Source: a virus. From it: a DNA stretch of 64,000 nt. The position numbers and the translations under genes are program-made. Below are positions 48,306 to 58,735 of this stretch, in pieces; position 1 is the first letter of the stretch, and every line of letters begins with the position of its first letter. The notes under the pieces are model-generated. The model was given only the letters and a program-made list of their open reading frames with translations, was not told the DNA's origin and did no database searches. The DNA lies in IMG/VR virus record IMGVR_UViG_3300013126_000021, positions 9,404 through 73,403 of that record. One strand, given 5' to 3'.

Positions 48306-49688
48306 TTATTCCTTATGATTATCCAAAAAGTAATTTAAGTCTTCTGGAGTTCCGATGCCCCACATACGTTGAATATTTTTGACACGAATTTTTTTACCAT
48401 CACCAATTGCTTCATTGAAAACGGGGCAAACATAAAATTCATTATTTGTGCGAACATCTTTTGAAATCATTTGTTCGGCATATTTTACATAGTCTGAACC
48501 ATGTTTCCAATAGTAAATTCCTACAGTTGCCATATTGCTGATCGGGCGTTTTTCTGCAACTTCAGACACAAAACCACCATCACCTAGTTTAGCATAGGAC
48601 CATTTGGGGTGTGTCGCTTCAAAAGTAACTATGCCACCATCAATCGAATCAGCCGTAAAGGCGTACATACATTCGTTTGAGTTCCATTCGACAAATTGAT
48701 CAGAATTTGCCATAACAAGCGGGCTATCATTATCAATAAATTCTTTTGCAAGCAAAGTTGTACATGCGGCACCTTCTGTTAAACCATCAACTTGAACAAT
48801 TTTACAATTTGGTGCAATGAGGTTAAGCAAATATTTTAGATTATATTTTTCATAATGTTCTTTTTGAACAATGAAAATATAGTTAGCTTCGATATTAAGA
48901 TTCTCCACCACAACTTGAATCATCGGCTTACCACGAACTTCAATAAGTGGTTTAGGGAATGTATAACCTACTGATGCAAACCTTGACCCTGCTCCTGCCA
49001 TAGGTATCAATACATTTAGTTTGCTATCTCTCCATGGCATTGTTTTTTTACTTTTTCCTTCGATTGTTTCCATCATATCATATAACCTCTGTTTCATGCG
49101 TTCTGAACTTACTTCTTGTGAATTTTCCACAGGCAATAGGTGTGCTCCTGAATCCATTGCACCTTGACGCCCGATGTGACTATCTTCAACAATAATTGTA
49201 TTTTTTGGCAACACATCAAGTGCAGTCATACATTTCCAATACATTTCTGGATATGGTTTTGTTCTGCTCACATCTTCATTGCTCACAAAATAATCTACTG
49301 AATCGATGACACCAACACTTATTAAAGATAATTTTACGGTCTCTCTAATTGAATTCGATGCTACAGCTATTTTATAACCTTTTGATTTAATTTCCGAAAA
49401 AAGAGATGAAAGAAAATAATTTTTATTGAATCCTCGAATTAAATTAAAAGTTGCTTCTTGTTTGTCTTTCCAAACTCGATCATAAAATTCTAAGGGTAAT
49501 CCTTTTCTTTCAGTTAGCATTTTAAGTTTTTTTGTTGTATTTAAACCATCATATAAACTTAAATGTTCTTCTCTGGAAATTACATATTTTGAGTCTATTT
49601 TTCTAAGAGCATCATTAAGTGCATCATAATGCAACTCTCTTGAATCAATTAAAACTCCGTCCAAATCAAAAATAATCAATTTATTCAT
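48306..49688 (-). CDS. HAD phosphatase fused to sugar nucleotidyltransferase
   Basis: FDLDGVL, KPYP, EDS; PMAGAGSRF, PKPLI, GTPEDL; start revised to MNKLII. Confidence 0.9.
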   Translation of the reverse strand: MNKLIIFDLDGVLIDSRELHYDALNDALRKIDSKYVISREEHLSLYDGLNTTKKLKMLTERKGLPLEFYDRVWKDKQEATFNLIRGFNKNYFLSSLFSEIKSKGYKIAVASNSIRETVKLSLISVGVIDSVDYFVSNEDVSRTKPYPEMYWKCMTALDVLPKNTIIVEDSHIGRQGAMDSGAHLLPVENSQEVSSERMKQRLYDMMETIEGKSKKTMPWRDSKLNVLIPMAGAGSRFASVGYTFPKPLIEVRGKPMIQVVVENLNIEANYIFIVQKEHYEKYNLKYLLNLIAPNCKIVQVDGLTEGAACTTLLAKEFIDNDSPLVMANSDQFVEWNSNECMYAFTADSIDGGIVTFEATHPKWSYAKLGDGGFVSEVAEKRPISNMATVGIYYWKHGSDYVKYAEQMISKDVRTNNEFYVCPVFNEAIGDGKKIRVKNIQRMWGIGTPEDLNYFLDNHKE

Positions 49689-50511
49689 ACTTATTAAATC
49701 TCCTGATAATTGAACGTACTTCCTCAATATCTTCATCGAGAGGCATTTTATGCAGTTCATATTTTTCAGGATTTCTAAAATACGACATAAGTAGAAGACC
49801 CTGATCATCATCAACAAGCTCATTTTTCATTAGAATTTCCATAGATTTATCCATGTGGGTTTCTAACATATCCCATTGTTCTCTTTGCCCAACAAAGATT
49901 CCACCAATGATATAAACAATATTATTCAATACTGCAAGTTGAATTTGTTCTGCTGACCGCCCAATGTCAGGATCTCTGTAATTAAACAGATGCATTTTAC
50001 CTTCTGCGAAATCGAATTCCCATTTTTTAGACGTTGGTATATGTTTTTCATCTCGACAATAACCAAAATCAATCCAAGAAGCCCAATCATTGGTTATAAT
50101 ACCCCTTTTATATGCATCATTTACATAAAAGGCCTTGAGCGAAGTGATGCCAACATAATCCTTTGACCAGTATTCGGGATTTCTGACCTGATAAGGATTA
50201 ATACGACGAACAAAATTTTCCGAAGACTGTATTTCTTGGATTTTTTGCCTCAAGTCCTTTCGTTCATTGAAATAATCATATTCAACAACTTTGACTTTTG
50301 GTGAAATGGATGAAATTTTTTCAGACAGATCAGGTGAAGTGTAGACAACAATTTCGGTATCGATTTCACACATACGAGAAAAATGATCGAGATATTTGTC
50401 TACTGATCTTTGTAGATAATGAGGAAGAGGACCACCGTTTTTATGTACATTTGACGACCAATCAGCTCGCCCAATGTCATAGAATGCAGTCACTAAAGTA
50501 ATTTTACTCAT
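49681..50511 (-). CDS. HtrL/YibB-family protein (glycosyltransferase-like)
   Basis: VTAFYDIGR, PEYW, WIDFG, DDDQ. Confidence 0.75.
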   Translation of the reverse strand: MSKITLVTAFYDIGRADWSSNVHKNGGPLPHYLQRSVDKYLDHFSRMCEIDTEIVVYTSPDLSEKISSISPKVKVVEYDYFNERKDLRQKIQEIQSSENFVRRINPYQVRNPEYWSKDYVGITSLKAFYVNDAYKRGIITNDWASWIDFGYCRDEKHIPTSKKWEFDFAEGKMHLFNYRDPDIGRSAEQIQLAVLNNIVYIIGGIFVGQREQWDMLETHMDKSMEILMKNELVDDDQGLLLMSYFRNPEKYELHKMPLDEDIEEVRSIIRRFNKYE

Positions 50512-50529
50512 AACAAACCTTTTTTTCAA

Positions 50530-51414
50530 TTATGATTGATATAGAAAATATTTAGGTGATGTACCTGTATTTGTATCTTTTGTTATATTAATTTGATATT
50601 TTTCGGAAACTTTATTCATCCATGATGGTATTCTATCATACTGATGTACAATTGTAAATGGAACTCCTTCTGAATTTACAATTATACCATCTTTGTTCAT
50701 TGATGGGCGCTGTTCCAAAAGGTATGGACCAAATTCATTCATTTGATCGGGTTTATTTGTTACATGAGCATTGAGTGCCCATGCATCTTTGAGTCGCAAC
50801 ACATTACATTTTGATTTCCAAGGTTCATATGACATAATCATATTATATGCTGCTTGATCTGCCACCCAGTCAGGGCGATTCAATGACATTTGAAATAAAG
50901 AAAAACATAGGTCTTTAATTAACTCAGCTTTACCTGCTATAATTCCAACATTCAAAACTTCTTGCTCAGCCACATCATCATAAAAATAGTTTCCAAAATT
51001 TTTGATAATATTTTCTCTATTCCATTTTTCATTTTTAATTTTAATAGCTTCTGAAGCCGCTATTACATTAATATTATAGAATTTATTTAAAAGATAATCA
51101 AATGGATTTTTTTGGAAAATAACGTCCCTAACATCAGTAGAAACCACATAACGATACTTACCTTTATTATTTTTTAGATAGTCATATATTGTTAAAAATC
51201 TTAACATATGCACCATCATCTTTTGTGCATTCGAACGTCTTACTACTATTACACCTCTTTTTTTGAGCGTTTCTACTAAATTTTCTGAGGCATCAATCGC
51301 AATCAGAACAATGTCACCTGTGAATCCTGTTTCTTTTATAGATTCCACCCAAGGCTTTAAAACATCATAATCTGTATAATTTGTGAATGCACCTATAATT
51401 AAATCTTTCTCCAA
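50530..51414 (-). CDS. GT-A-fold glycosyltransferase
   Basis: TDVRDVIFQ, NVG, DQAAYN, VHQYDR. Confidence 0.75.
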   Translation of the reverse strand: MEKDLIIGAFTNYTDYDVLKPWVESIKETGFTGDIVLIAIDASENLVETLKKRGVIVVRRSNAQKMMVHMLRFLTIYDYLKNNKGKYRYVVSTDVRDVIFQKNPFDYLLNKFYNINVIAASEAIKIKNEKWNRENIIKNFGNYFYDDVAEQEVLNVGIIAGKAELIKDLCFSLFQMSLNRPDWVADQAAYNMIMSYEPWKSKCNVLRLKDAWALNAHVTNKPDQMNEFGPYLLEQRPSMNKDGIIVNSEGVPFTIVHQYDRIPSWMNKVSEKYQINITKDTNTGTSPKYFLYQS

Positions 51415-52136
51415 GGGTATTCTCCATTCATAATTTTGTTCATACGTTCATTACCATTTTGAAAAAACGCCGCTTGAACGGAATCGCTTCTGCTGGCAAC
51501 TCTATAATTTAATGTATATAGCCCATTTGTATCAGACTGTTCTTTTGGTATCTGATTTAGAAGTAGTTGTGATAACAACCTATCAACTTCAGGTTGTTCT
51601 TGGGGGTGTCGCGCCCTTCGATACCAACCTGGTGAAAATCTTAATGCCAGTAGTTTAGGTAAAAGAAAACAACCAACATCAACAAAGTTGTCATTAAGCA
51701 CCGATTTCCATTTACCTAAAGATTCGCAATCATCATTACAAATATAATTTCCAGATTGATCTACAATTTTTCTCAAAGAATATGCCCACACTTTGTTACT
51801 AACAGTTTCTACAAGTGTTTCTACATGATTTGGTTCATACCAATTGTCTTGATCAAGAAAGCACAGATATTCACCTTCTGCAATGTATGTCATTGCTCCG
51901 TAAATTCTATGCCCATTGTATTGTTCATAACCAGTAACTTGAGGTAATGTGATTAGACTATATCTTGTGCAAGAAAGTGAATCTAAAACTTGTCTTGTTT
52001 TTTCTTCTCTTTCTTTGCCATCGATGACGACAAGATATTGAATATTTTCGTATGTTTGATTTTCAACAGATCGAACGGCATCAGCTAATTGTTCACTGCC
52101 CGTTGTTGGTGTTATAATTGTCACTAAAGGTTTCAT
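51399..52136 (-). CDS. Glycosyltransferase family 2
   Basis: VTIITPT, SVENQTY, FLDQD. Confidence 0.85.
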   Translation of the reverse strand: MKPLVTIITPTTGSEQLADAVRSVENQTYENIQYLVVIDGKEREEKTRQVLDSLSCTRYSLITLPQVTGYEQYNGHRIYGAMTYIAEGEYLCFLDQDNWYEPNHVETLVETVSNKVWAYSLRKIVDQSGNYICNDDCESLGKWKSVLNDNFVDVGCFLLPKLLALRFSPGWYRRARHPQEQPEVDRLLSQLLLNQIPKEQSDTNGLYTLNYRVASRSDSVQAAFFQNGNERMNKIMNGEYPWRKI

Positions 52137-52155
52137 AATACTCCCATTATTTAAA

Positions 52156-53136
52156 TCAAGGAAACTCAGTTCCTTTTCTGCCACCTACTGGTGATATAAC
52201 AATTCTTGTACCTTTTACTCCAGCGTCACTTCTGTCGCCCTTATATATTGCCATTAAAACCGGATCAAAACCATCTCCATCAACAGAATCTCCGTTGAAG
52301 TGAACATGATTCGCCGTTAATTCATAATTTTTTCCAACTTTTTTTAACCCAGGAGGACCTTGCAATAAAATAGTCACATTTTGCTCACCTAATTTGTCCC
52401 CGTACATATTACCATAAACTGAATAATATTTTAATGTCACATCTTTAATATGTCTATAAACTGTTGTAGCTGGAGGTAATCCTTTTGGATATACTCTTTT
52501 TAGGTCAGAGATAAATTTTTGAGTTTCTGGATGATTAAATATTTTAGGTTCTTTTCTTTCGGAAATTCCGCCCCATTGTTGAAAATCTTTTGCAGTTGAA
52601 CCATCTTTGTGAGAAATCCAAATTACAGCCTCACCTTTGTTGTTTATAAGATGAAAATCTGATTTGGGTGTGCCGCTTGTTTTCTCCACACCTACTATGT
52701 CAGAATAGGTTTTTTTGCCACATTTTATAGTTATTGGTCCATTATTTTTTTTAATTGCATCATCAATTTCTTTTTGTAAATCTTTTTGAGCGGCTTCTTC
52801 TTTTATCAATCCTCCACCCGCTCCTTTTCCACCAAATTCTTGATTTTTTACTATTTGTGATAGTGTTACTTCTTTTATACCGTCAGAAATAACAATCTTA
52901 TCACTTGATGTTGCTTTTTTACTTAAAAAGTTGATTGCATCTTTAAATTGTTTATCATCTTTTTTCTTTGGTGTAAAAGCTTCCACCATGACATTTTTAT
53001 TATAAACTCTTATCGAATTTGCAATAAAAGTTTTTGATCCAGAAAGTTCGAAGGGTGTTCGTTCAACCAATTTTGTAACTAAAATTGGTATTCTTGCTGA
53101 TCTTTTTTTAATTTCGGTAAGTGATAAGTTTGCCAT
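52156..53136 (-). CDS. PD-(D/E)xK restriction-like nuclease candidate
   Basis: E...PKSDF...ISHK pattern, FQQWGG. Confidence 0.6.
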   Translation of the reverse strand: MANLSLTEIKKRSARIPILVTKLVERTPFELSGSKTFIANSIRVYNKNVMVEAFTPKKKDDKQFKDAINFLSKKATSSDKIVISDGIKEVTLSQIVKNQEFGGKGAGGGLIKEEAAQKDLQKEIDDAIKKNNGPITIKCGKKTYSDIVGVEKTSGTPKSDFHLINNKGEAVIWISHKDGSTAKDFQQWGGISERKEPKIFNHPETQKFISDLKRVYPKGLPPATTVYRHIKDVTLKYYSVYGNMYGDKLGEQNVTILLQGPPGLKKVGKNYELTANHVHFNGDSVDGDGFDPVLMAIYKGDRSDAGVKGTRIVISPVGGRKGTEFP

Positions 53137-53172
53137 GGTTTTATTTTATGATTTACTTATCACTATTTATTA

Positions 53173-54561
53173 CTACACTTTAAACGATTTAAAATCCTTT
53201 TTTTCAAATTTATTTTCAGATTTCATTACCGGATTACTTCCTGCATCTGCAATACCACCTTGTGCAGACTGTTCAACATCATATAGTTTCATTTTTGATC
53301 TGTCAATACCAAGCACAAATCTTTTGTGTGTAGTTGGATCAGAGTAACGGTTTTTCAACTGCTTGACCATTATTTGATTGAGGGCTTCAAGCTCTTCGGA
53401 AGAAATCAAAGCAAACATCAAGTCAGCAGTTGCGGGCAAACCAAAACTTTCACTTGTGTCTTCAAGTCCGGGGTCGGAAGAGGTATAACCACTCCGTGTT
53501 GTCTGTGTAGCAGAAACAATTGGAACTCCGAACTCAACTGCAAGACCTCGCAATTCTTCTGCAATAGCTTTGACATAAGTGTATGAGTTGACATTTGCTC
53601 CAGCCTTGATACGAGCAGAACAGCAAATATTGAGGTAGTCAATAAAAATAATATCAGGAACAAAATTCTTTTTAAGATTAAGCTCATTTAAAAGAGTCCT
53701 AAAGTGTATTGAGGAAGCTGATGCAGTTGGGTACTCTTTAATAATCAATTTACCCATAGTCATATCTTTCACTCTTTTCACTTTTTTATCATAAACATCT
53801 TTGGGTAATTCCATCAGATCATCGATTGAAACATTCAAAAGATTTGCGTCAATCCTTTCTGCAATCTTTTCTTCTGCCATTTCCATAGTTATGTATAGAA
53901 CATTTTTACCTTGTGTCATACATCCTGCTGCAACATGACACATGAACAAGGATTTACCCACGCCTGTACCTGCAAGTGCAATATTCAAAGTCTTAGCTGG
54001 TAATCCACCTTTAGTAATTTTATTGAAATAGTCTAGATCAAAAGGAATTCTTTCTTCTTTACGGTGATAAAATTCATATCGGTTATCCGAATCTTCAAGA
54101 TAATCGTGCCCAACTGAATTGTCAAAACTGACAGAAAGGGCATCAGACAGAAGTTTAGGAATAGATCCTTTGTCATTAGATTTATCTTTGCCCTCTAGGA
54201 TTGTAATAGAATTCCTAACTGCATTATAAACTGCCTTTTCTTGACAGAATTTTTCAGTTTTATCAATGAGCCATCGTTCATCGGTCTTTTCAATTTCTTT
54301 TATACTTTTTTCAATTTCTTTCAAATATGAATTACAATTGTTATATTCTTCCTCAGACAAAAATTTGCTCTCTTTTGAAGAGAGAGATAGGGCCTCGACA
54401 CTTGGGCATGTATTATATTTGTTTGTGAATTCAGTTATTTCTTTGAAAATAACCTTTTCTGTTTTATCAAAAAAATATTCATCTTTTAAAAAAGGCAAAA
54501 CTTTCCTCAAATAATCTTCATTTTGAATTAGATTCCTCAATATAGTTTGTTCCAGCCTCAT
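53173..54561 (-). CDS. gp41: Replicative DNA helicase (T4 gp41-like)
   Basis: AGTGVGKS, IIKEYPT, IDYLNI, SATQTTR, SESFGLP. Confidence 0.97.
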   Translation of the reverse strand: MRLEQTILRNLIQNEDYLRKVLPFLKDEYFFDKTEKVIFKEITEFTNKYNTCPSVEALSLSSKESKFLSEEEYNNCNSYLKEIEKSIKEIEKTDERWLIDKTEKFCQEKAVYNAVRNSITILEGKDKSNDKGSIPKLLSDALSVSFDNSVGHDYLEDSDNRYEFYHRKEERIPFDLDYFNKITKGGLPAKTLNIALAGTGVGKSLFMCHVAAGCMTQGKNVLYITMEMAEEKIAERIDANLLNVSIDDLMELPKDVYDKKVKRVKDMTMGKLIIKEYPTASASSIHFRTLLNELNLKKNFVPDIIFIDYLNICCSARIKAGANVNSYTYVKAIAEELRGLAVEFGVPIVSATQTTRSGYTSSDPGLEDTSESFGLPATADLMFALISSEELEALNQIMVKQLKNRYSDPTTHKRFVLGIDRSKMKLYDVEQSAQGGIADAGSNPVMKSENKFEKKDFKSFKV

Positions 54562-54856
54562 CTAGTAATCCTTTGTCAAGGTTTTGGGAAATAATATCGA
54601 CAAGAATGTCACCAATATAATTTTTAAATTCTTCATTCAAAAAGTCTTCTTCTGATGGTGACTCAATAACATTATATACGAATTTCAAGTAAATGTCACC
54701 TGTTTTTTCTTCTTCGAATTTTACTTTACCATACTGATAAACGACTCCAGAATATTTTCCAGAAATAAGCTTAATACCGATTGTAGTATCTTCGTTTTCT
54801 GGAATAATAAAATTATAATCTGTGCCTTCTTTAAATTTCATTGTCATTTTCCTCAT
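54518..54856 (-). CDS. Conserved small protein between uvsX and 41
   Basis: Synteny with T4 gene 40 position; YQYGKV...IGDIL. Confidence 0.7.
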   Translation of the reverse strand: MRKMTMKFKEGTDYNFIIPENEDTTIGIKLISGKYSGVVYQYGKVKFEEEKTGDIYLKFVYNVIESPSEEDFLNEEFKNYIGDILVDIISQNLDKGLLDEAGTNYIEESNSK

Positions 54857-55880
54857 CTTTAATTATTACGCCAGTTGTTACTTGATATTTTGCTTTAATA
54901 AAATCTTGAAAAGAACTTGTTTTTAAAATTGGTAACCAAAAATCTTTTGTATTTGTGTCCTTTTCTCTGTATTTTTTATCTTCTATTTCCGCAGTTTCGA
55001 TATTTACCTTAGAATACCAGCCGTTTGATGGCTTAATAACATGCCCAGATTCGATTGCAATATCCAAAAGACCAGACCATTTACTAATACCACCATCAAA
55101 AGATACAGTAACAGGTATTTTAGATTTTTCTTTAACGTACCTAGATTTTTCGACGTTGATGATAAAATTGTATCCAACAATTTCATTTGCTTCCTTTTCT
55201 TGTTGACGCCCAATAATAAAAATATTATCGGCAGAATAATATGATCCTGTTCCACCTCCAATTATGTCTTTAGGAAACATTCCAATTTCTTTATAAGTGT
55301 GATTTACAACTACCATAGGAATGTCTTTAAGAGTTAAGTGTGGAGTGATCATTCTAAAAAGAGATTTGATTTGTTTTGCTCGACTCATGTCTGCAACTGC
55401 TTTTTGATCAAGCGCATCTTCAACTTCTTTTTTAGATGCCAAATTACCTATCGAATCGATAATTATTATCAGATGATCACCTCTTTGAACATTTTGTAAT
55501 TGATTCATAATATCAAATTTTAATTGTTCAATATCGGTAATTGGAGTATGCAAAACTCGATCAGTATCGATATTAAAGGTGTTAAAATATGACTGAGGTG
55601 TTCCAAATTCAGAATCATAAAAAAGCAATGCGGCATCCTCATATTTTTCCATATACGATTTGGCCATCAGTAAACTAAAGGCCGTTTTAAAATGTTTAGA
55701 TGGACCTGCCCACATTGTTAGCCCAGGTGTTAATCCACCATCAAGCCGCCCACTCAATGCAACATTGATTATGGGTATTGATGTGGGTATCATATCTTTT
55801 TCTGTGAAAAATTTGGATTTGGACAGAATTGATGAATCTTTAATACTTGTATTTTTCTTAATTTTTTCAAGAATGCTCAT
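54831..55880 (-). CDS. uvsX: RecA-like recombinase UvsX
   Basis: GPSKHFKT, YDSEFG, DSIGNLAS, GGTGSYY. Confidence 0.97.
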   Translation of the reverse strand: MSILEKIKKNTSIKDSSILSKSKFFTEKDMIPTSIPIINVALSGRLDGGLTPGLTMWAGPSKHFKTAFSLLMAKSYMEKYEDAALLFYDSEFGTPQSYFNTFNIDTDRVLHTPITDIEQLKFDIMNQLQNVQRGDHLIIIIDSIGNLASKKEVEDALDQKAVADMSRAKQIKSLFRMITPHLTLKDIPMVVVNHTYKEIGMFPKDIIGGGTGSYYSADNIFIIGRQQEKEANEIVGYNFIINVEKSRYVKEKSKIPVTVSFDGGISKWSGLLDIAIESGHVIKPSNGWYSKVNIETAEIEDKKYREKDTNTKDFWLPILKTSSFQDFIKAKYQVTTGVIIKDEENDNEI

Positions 55881-55888
55881 GTTATTCC

Positions 55889-58423
55889 TTAATCAAAAAG
55901 TGAGATTTGCTTTTCAGTTGACCAATTCATGCAGTCAAGAATTACTTTGATGGGGTCTAAAAATGTTTTTTCGAATTGCATATCATAATCAATATAACTT
56001 TTTAGATCGAATTCAGGAGGAAGTCTACCAGGGAATGAGATTACACTATCTTTAATTGGATTAGGCTTTTTAAGATATGTAAACTTTATCTTTTCGCCTT
56101 CTTGTATAAGTGGATATTTTTTAGTAAGCCCTTTTTCATGTAAATATTTATTATATAGAAGCGCACCTTTTACATGTATTGGTGTACCTTTCGAATAAAT
56201 TGTTGTGCTATTGTGGTATTCTTTCAATCCATTAATACCTCTCGGAAAAGAAATATCTTCGGCAGGTAAATTTTTGAATTCTTTTTTAAATTTGTCAATT
56301 AGCGCATGAATATCCGTTTCAGTACCTTTCATAATGATCTCTAGTACTTGTTTCATTTTCTCTCTAACAGGTGCTGGTGTTGAAGATTTGATCATTTCCA
56401 GACCCATTACTTTCATATCAGGCTCTGAATATTGCACTCCTTCATTGTTATAAACATGCATAATGTAACGCTTTTTTGCTGTCCAGATACCCCTATCAGC
56501 CAGAGCCTCACGTTTCATTTGCATTTTTTGCGCATATGCATTTACATAAATTGCCAACTCTTCATATGATTTATCAATATAAGGTTGAATTTTTTGCTCA
56601 CACACTTTATCCATAAATTCGATAATTTTATTTTTGGATAAAGATATGACACCATCAACGCCATAAACTTTTTGAACAAGTTCAGATAGACGAAGATAAA
56701 TTGAATCAGTATCAGAAGCGATTACATAATCCTTGTTTGTCTTTAACACTCCATTCATATATTCATTTAGTTTATTTTCAATCCAACGAATACTTAATTG
56801 CCCGGCAGTGGTAACTCCAAGAGCCATACGAAGATCATAGAAACGAAAGTATTGTGAGCCCAGAGCACCATAAGCACTATTCAATGATACTTTTTTAGCC
56901 AACTGTAGATTATTGTACCTAGCGATACGCTTTTCAATTTCGTATTTTTTCGTTTCGTCTTTTTGATTTTCTTTTTCCTGTTTAGCTTGAAGCATCAGCT
57001 TTTTGAATTTTTTCCGATCCTCATACATCTCTTCCATCATCTTCGGTAAAAAACCTTGAATATCTGTACGAAAAAACTGCCCATTCGGTGTCAGTGTAAC
57101 ATTACTCATTTCCTTTGTGTCAATATTTTTTGAAAGCAATTTATCAACTGAAACACCTTGCGTCAAAATTTCTCTCATTTCTTGAGTATAATTTTCAGGT
57201 TCAATCAATGTTTCAGGTGAAATGTTATACTGAATCATCAAATGTGGATAAAGTGAATTCAAATCAAAAGAAGCAACCCATTCATGCATACCAACTTGAG
57301 GATCTTTTACATATGCACCTTCAAAGGCAGCACTTTTTTCTTTAATGATTTTTGGAGGAACAATAATATTTTTTTCGAAAAGATGATTATATGTAAGTGC
57401 ATCCCACATTCTCGTTTGAGCGAAAACATCATCATAATTAGTTTTTGTATCATATGCAAGAGTAATTCCTAGCTCAAGTAACTTTAACTTATCTTCAAGC
57501 CTTAGAATTAGTTCAACGTCTTTGATATTATATTCAATAAACTTTTGATAATCAAGTTTGTATAACTGATGTAAAGATTCATATTCCGAATAGTCTAATT
57601 TCTTTTCACCAATTTCCACGTTTGCAATATTATCAAGACGATACGATTCTTGTGATTTGCCATTAGGAGAATACCATTTATAAAGTTCAAGGTAATCGAA
57701 ATCACCAATACCGACCAGTTCATAAACAGTCATTTTTCGGTTCATGACATATGCTTCACGCTCTCGAATTAAATTCCAAGGTGAAAGATTTTTCATTTCA
57801 GCTTCACCTACAATTTTACGAAAACGATTAACGAGATAGGGAACATCAAAAAACTTTGTGTTCCATCCTGTTAAAATATCTGGGCACTTGTACATCCAAA
57901 GCTTTAAGAAGTTTTTTATGAGAGTGTATTCATCTGCGCATTTTGTGTATATTTCCTGCCCTTTAATTTCATATTCACCACAACCAAATACATGCATTTC
58001 GCCATTGAGATATTTTAATGCAATTGCGGTAATAGGCTCATTTGCTTCGTATGGATCTGGAAATCCATTTTCCGATCCAACTTCAATATCAAGAATGCCA
58101 ATGGATATATTATTGATATCCCATTCGATCATACCTTTATATTGTTCACCTATGAATACATATTCGAATCGTGTGTTTCCATAGATAGTTTTACCTGAAA
58201 CATCTTCAAATTGTTTCAGGTATTCTTTAGCTTCTTTCAGAGAGTCGAATTTTATTTCTTGCAGATATTCACCATTTAAAGCGGTGAATTGTGTGATTTT
58301 TTTAGCGGGCTCAAAAAGACTTGGCTTGTATGCAATTCTGTTTTTGATTTTTTTGCCATTAACAACACCCCTGTAAAGGATGTTGTTTCCGTAAACTTGA
58401 ACATTAGTATAAAAGTTTTTCAT
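55889..58423 (-). CDS. gp43: Family B DNA polymerase (T4 gp43-like), uninterrupted
   Basis: DIE exonuclease motif, FDLNSLYP, KVSLNSAYG, SDTDS, KKRY. Confidence 0.98.
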   Translation of the reverse strand: MKNFYTNVQVYGNNILYRGVVNGKKIKNRIAYKPSLFEPAKKITQFTALNGEYLQEIKFDSLKEAKEYLKQFEDVSGKTIYGNTRFEYVFIGEQYKGMIEWDINNISIGILDIEVGSENGFPDPYEANEPITAIALKYLNGEMHVFGCGEYEIKGQEIYTKCADEYTLIKNFLKLWMYKCPDILTGWNTKFFDVPYLVNRFRKIVGEAEMKNLSPWNLIREREAYVMNRKMTVYELVGIGDFDYLELYKWYSPNGKSQESYRLDNIANVEIGEKKLDYSEYESLHQLYKLDYQKFIEYNIKDVELILRLEDKLKLLELGITLAYDTKTNYDDVFAQTRMWDALTYNHLFEKNIIVPPKIIKEKSAAFEGAYVKDPQVGMHEWVASFDLNSLYPHLMIQYNISPETLIEPENYTQEMREILTQGVSVDKLLSKNIDTKEMSNVTLTPNGQFFRTDIQGFLPKMMEEMYEDRKKFKKLMLQAKQEKENQKDETKKYEIEKRIARYNNLQLAKKVSLNSAYGALGSQYFRFYDLRMALGVTTAGQLSIRWIENKLNEYMNGVLKTNKDYVIASDTDSIYLRLSELVQKVYGVDGVISLSKNKIIEFMDKVCEQKIQPYIDKSYEELAIYVNAYAQKMQMKREALADRGIWTAKKRYIMHVYNNEGVQYSEPDMKVMGLEMIKSSTPAPVREKMKQVLEIIMKGTETDIHALIDKFKKEFKNLPAEDISFPRGINGLKEYHNSTTIYSKGTPIHVKGALLYNKYLHEKGLTKKYPLIQEGEKIKFTYLKKPNPIKDSVISFPGRLPPEFDLKSYIDYDMQFEKTFLDPIKVILDCMNWSTEKQISLFD

Positions 58424-58734
58424 TATCCAGTAATAATTTGTTTCGTTGGAGTGACAATACCACTAAAAGCGGCTCTGTAGTTTGACACAATTTCATCGTC
58501 AGGTGTATAAGTATACACTATATGAATAGGTTCTACAATAGTAAACGAGTCATTTGTCTGTTTTGACAGCGCAGGAAATGGTGCAAATCCCATGGCAGGT
58601 TCTGCTCCAGGTCTCTGTGGTGGTACAACTCTTAATTGAACCGAATTTTCTAATTTAAATCTACCATCTTCAGTGATTGATACATTTGAAATAATTTCTT
58701 CACCAGTCACTAGTTTAATTCCTAAAATATTCAT
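58423..58734 (-). CDS. Sm-like small protein upstream of gp43
   Basis: IKLVTGEEII...SGIVTP; start revised after GAGG. Confidence 0.7.
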   Translation of the reverse strand: MNILGIKLVTGEEIISNVSITEDGRFKLENSVQLRVVPPQRPGAEPAMGFAPFPALSKQTNDSFTIVEPIHIVYTYTPDDEIVSNYRAAFSGIVTPTKQIITG

Positions 58735-58735
58735 T

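Noticed and set aside
28310-58423. Introns or inteins in nrdA, nrdB, thyX, gp41, uvsX and gp43
   Set aside because: All are contiguous and of normal length
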